NCBI GenBank assembly: GCA_951406725.2
Contig: OX597820.1
Span: 67,332,001 to 67,396,000, forward strand
Reading direction: 5' to 3'
Length of the DNA stretch: 64,000 bases
DNA from: Octopus vulgaris
Lineage: Eukaryota
How positions within the stretch are numbered: the stretch's first letter is position 1; each line of letters starts with the position of its first letter. The translations under genes and the position numbers were made by a program. Below, one piece after another: positions 60,125 to 64,000 of the stretch. The notes under the pieces are model-generated. The model was not told where the DNA came from and made no database searches. It saw nothing but the letters and a program-made list of their open reading frames with translations.

Positions 60125-60741
60125 TTCTTAGAGACAAAAAATTAATTTGCTGTGTGGCATGTATATAATTGTTCTCATTCTTGTGATATCTGGTAAAACA
60201 TTTAATTTGGTCACCAATATATTCATGCTGTTGATAAGTTATACTATGATAGACGTAGTATAATATTGTCAAGGACCAATGCATTGACCCATCTTGTTAC
60301 AATATTTCTGTTGAAATACACTCTTTGTTTCAATTCATACTGAGAATAATGGAGAATTTAGTAAAATAACTTTGTCGTTATTAAGCTGGTGTTTGGAATA
60401 TAAATTAATGGGAAATTTTGATGGAAGGTTTCAATTTAAATCTCTTCAAAACAGGAAATTTTTATCATAGAACCAGGAGCTGTCCAGATGGGTTATTATA
60501 AAAAAAGTTTAACTAATCGTAAATATATTTATACAGATGGTATATGGCATGTTACATACGATTGAGAATGTCTTTGATAAAAAATATTTGAGACTTAGTT
60601 TCATAAATGTAAATTTGCAACTCTGAAATATTTCCATATTACATTCTTCATATCATTTAAATTTTTTCACTCTTTGATTGACAAAAGTTGGAGGTTATTT
60701 TTGTAAACTTTGTTCCAGAACTCTCATCACCATTGTATTTA

Positions 60742-60965
60742 TGAGCCTACAAAGGATCCTCTACATGTTTCCTATGAGGTACAACTAAATCTCCCTTATA
60801 TTACACCCTCCCATCTTAACAAAAGAAGGGCTGCATTGGATAATGTAGTCATAGATATGTAGTGGCCAGTAGGAATACTGGGTGATTGTGCAGCAATACC
60901 GACACGTAACTGGTATCTGACCTGGGTTATAGGCTCAATTGGTGGACCTGGAGCTAAATTACAAT
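60742..60965 (+). mobile_element. Family E retroposon insertion with 10 bp TSD
   Basis: attgtattta at 60732-60741 and 60966-60975; the paralogous site near 44565 is empty. Confidence 0.75.
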
Positions 60966-61659
60966 ATTGTATTTAAACTGAATATAAACTTGTATGTGTC
61001 ACTATAACCACTAACTTGGTCAAATGTTATTGTAAGACAGTTTGTGGTGTTATTTGTAATTGTACTTTATATAGATTATATGAACCTTCCTGTCAAATTA
61101 TTGCAGCTTAAAATTATGCTTGGTAAAATTATTTCCTTGAATTAGAAAAACCTAATTTCATTAGAAATAAATATTGATTTTTGAAAATGATATTGTGGTC
61201 TCTTTAATGTTTGCTTTGAAATCTTCTTGTCTCATGGAATACCAATAAAGATACAAAATACCCAAGAAAAAGAATATATAAAAAATATAAAGGAATAGAG
61301 CATTGGCATGGCTGTGTGGTTAAGATGTTCACTTTACAACCATATGGCTTTGGGTTCAGTCCTGCTGCATGGTACCTTGGGCATGTCTTCTATAGCTCTG
61401 GGCTGTTCAAGGTCATGTGAGTGAATTTGGTAGACAGAAACTGAAAGAAACCCCTTGTGTGTGTGCCACTTCAAAAGTGGTTGGCATTTGGAAGGGCATC
61501 CAGCTGTAAAAACCATTCCAAAACAGACAGAAGTATGGCTTCATACCTAGCCAGCTCCTGTCAAACTGTCCAACCCATGCTAGCATGGAAGGTGGACATT
61601 AAACGATGATGATATATGTATATGCGTGTGTTTGTATTTTCCTTGCATCTGGCCTTCAA

Positions 61660-61907
61660 GGAATATTTCCATGCTCGGAAACAAATGAGGATTGGTGACA
61701 GGCAGGGCATCTGGCTAGAAGAAATCAGCCTCAGCAAATTCCACCTGGCCTGTGCAAGCATGGAAAAGTGGGTATTAAATGATGGAATATTTCCATGCTC
61801 GGAAACAAATGAGGATTGGTGACAGGCAGGGCATCTGGCTAGAAGAAATCAGCCTCAGCAAATTCCACCTGGCCTGTGCAAGCATGGAAAAGTGGGTATT
61901 AAATGAT
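61660..61907 (+). repeat. Exact 2 x 124 bp tandem duplication of a SINE 3' end
   Basis: 61660-61783 is identical to 61784-61907. Confidence 0.9.
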
Positions 61908-62962
61908 GATAAAAAATGCTTGAAGTTTCTTGAAAATATGTTTGTTTTCATTTTGTAAAATATGTTTTTTGTTTCTTTAAATTTTGATTCCACAAGGATA
62001 TAATCAACAAGGTTTTTCTGTTATTTGGATCTCAGTGAAACAGTATTTATGTATCTTTATTCCTGAATGGAGTTTAACCAAGAATGTATTATCTCTTATT
62101 AAATTACAGAGTAGTTATATTAATTAATATCTTGAGCTATGTTGAACAATGTTGATTCTCATTTCTCTGACAAGATATCTTTTAAAAGAAATCTAATTTT
62201 CTTTTCTACTCTGTATTCCAATTGCCTTGAATAAATAATATTAATATCAGTAAAAAATACCTTAGGAATGAGAACTCAGGGTTGGGCTCAAAATTCTACA
62301 AGGACACCTGATGAAGGCTGAAGAGTAAATCAGCTGAAACGTGGTAACAAGATGAGGATACATATCCATCCAAAACAAATAATGTAAATTATGGGGATAT
62401 AAACAAACCAACACTGGCTGTCAAGCTGGTAGGGGACAAATACAAACAAAGATACAGATGATGGGCTTCCACACTTTCTGTATACCAAACAAATTCATTC
62501 AAGGCATTGATCAGTCCAGGGTTATAGTAGTGGAACCTAGAACCACACAACCATGCCTGTATAAGCAGCATCACTGTGAAATGTCATAAGGGCAGCTAGA
62601 ACTTGCACTAATGAGCCAAACCATGAAATGTATGGTTTCTAACATAATCCTTTCTACTATAGGCATAAGGCCTGACATTTTTGGGGAGGCAACCAGTGTA
62701 ACTGATACTTAATTTATTGACCCCGAAAGGATGAAAGACAAAGTCAACTCCGGCGGCATTTGAACTCAGAATGTGATGACAGACAAAATACTACTAAGTA
62801 TTTCTTCTGGCATGCTAACAACTCTGCCAGCTTGCCACCTTTGATTTCAAACATAATGTCATGGTTGGATAATATGCTTTTTATTATAACCACTTGGTTC
62901 TCAAGACCATGATGCCATATTAGTGGCAAGAGTTCTCTGTCCAGTTGACCATGCATTTACTC

Positions 62963-63723
62963 CAATGGTTCTCAGCTAGGGTCTGTCTAATATTTTGTTG
63001 TTAAAATTTCATCATCATCATCGCTTAACATCCGCTTTCCATGCTGGCATGGGTTGGATGGTTTGATTGAAATCTGGAAAACTGGGAGGCTGCATCAGGC
63101 TCCAATCTGATCTGGCAAGGTTTCTACAGCTGGATGCCCTTTCTAACACCAACCACTCTGAGAGTGTAATGGGTGCTTTTTACGTGTCACCAGCACGAGG
63201 GCCAGTCAAGCAGTACTGACATCGACCACGCTTGAATGGTGCTTTTTACGTGGCACTGGCACAGGAGCCAGTCAGGTGGCACTAGCAATAAATTGGTTAT
63301 ATTTCTACAATACACAATATTTCAACAATTTTTTTGATACAATTCCTAATAATATCTAATTACAAAAATATATGATTTTTTAAAATCTTTGAATGGCCAT
63401 GAGGATCCATCTGAATAAAATAGGAATCAGAAAGGTCCATAAGTGAACATGGAGGCATGTGGCTTAGTGATTAGGGTGATAGACTTGTGATCGTGGTTTC
63501 AATTCCTGGACTGGGCAATGCATTGTGTTCTTGAGCAAAACACTTCATTTCACATTGCTCCAGTTCACCCAGCTGGTAAAAATGAGTAAACCTGTGAAGG
63601 ACTGGCATCCCATCTAGGTGGAGAATATATATGCCATGGAAACTGAGAAACGGACCCTTATAACTCGGCATGACTTGAAAAGGTAACCTTTTATTATCAG
63701 TGAAAAATGGTTGGGAACCACTG
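62963..63723. mobile_element. hAT-Charlie-like MITE with nested family B (63010-63290, -) and family D (63451-63690, +) repeats
   Basis: TIRs caatggttctcagc / gttgggaaccactg; TSD atttactc / atttacat. Confidence 0.7.
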
Positions 63724-64000
63724 ATTTACATAAAAGAACCATTATGGTAGAACAGGAACGAAAATTATATAGAAAAGTAGTTGATAATGCAATCTTTCTA
63801 AGGAGTATTCTGTAAAATTTTAAAGATTAGCTACGGAATCTTTATAGGAAATACAAACCTAAATTTAACACAGCTATAACACCTTAGTAAATAAGTAGGC
63901 ACTGGTGTTGCTGCATGGTAAGAAGTTTGTTTCTCTTGATTTATGGCTCAGTCCCCCTGGGTGGCACCATAGGCAAGTGTCTTCTACTATGGTCCTGGGC

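Overview
AT-rich, repeat-dense animal DNA. The SINE repertoire and the clustered C2H2 zinc-finger genes point to an octopus (coleoid cephalopod) genome; this is inferred, not database-checked. The window holds three intact paralogous poly-C2H2 zinc-finger genes: 12734-15190 (-), 38966-40672 (+) and 55769-57805 (+). Each has a single coding exon, no KRAB/ZAD/SCAN domain, and a homologous upstream non-coding exon identified here by three-way comparison (shared TCAGCTACGAAA motif and GAAAACA|GTAAGT donor). A fourth, decayed ZNF paralogue split by nested SINEs lies at about 28.9-29.9 kb. The rest is a mosaic of tRNA-derived SINEs, RTE/CR1 LINE fragments, Penelope-like remnants (several with hammerhead-ribozyme cores, one with a 5' inversion), Tc1 and mariner copies, hAT-, piggyBac- and Merlin-like MITEs, a non-autonomous Helitron, long hairpins and microsatellites. 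No prokaryotic-type system (CRISPR etc.) is present. Repeat boundaries were read by eye and are approximate unless TIRs or TSDs are quoted.
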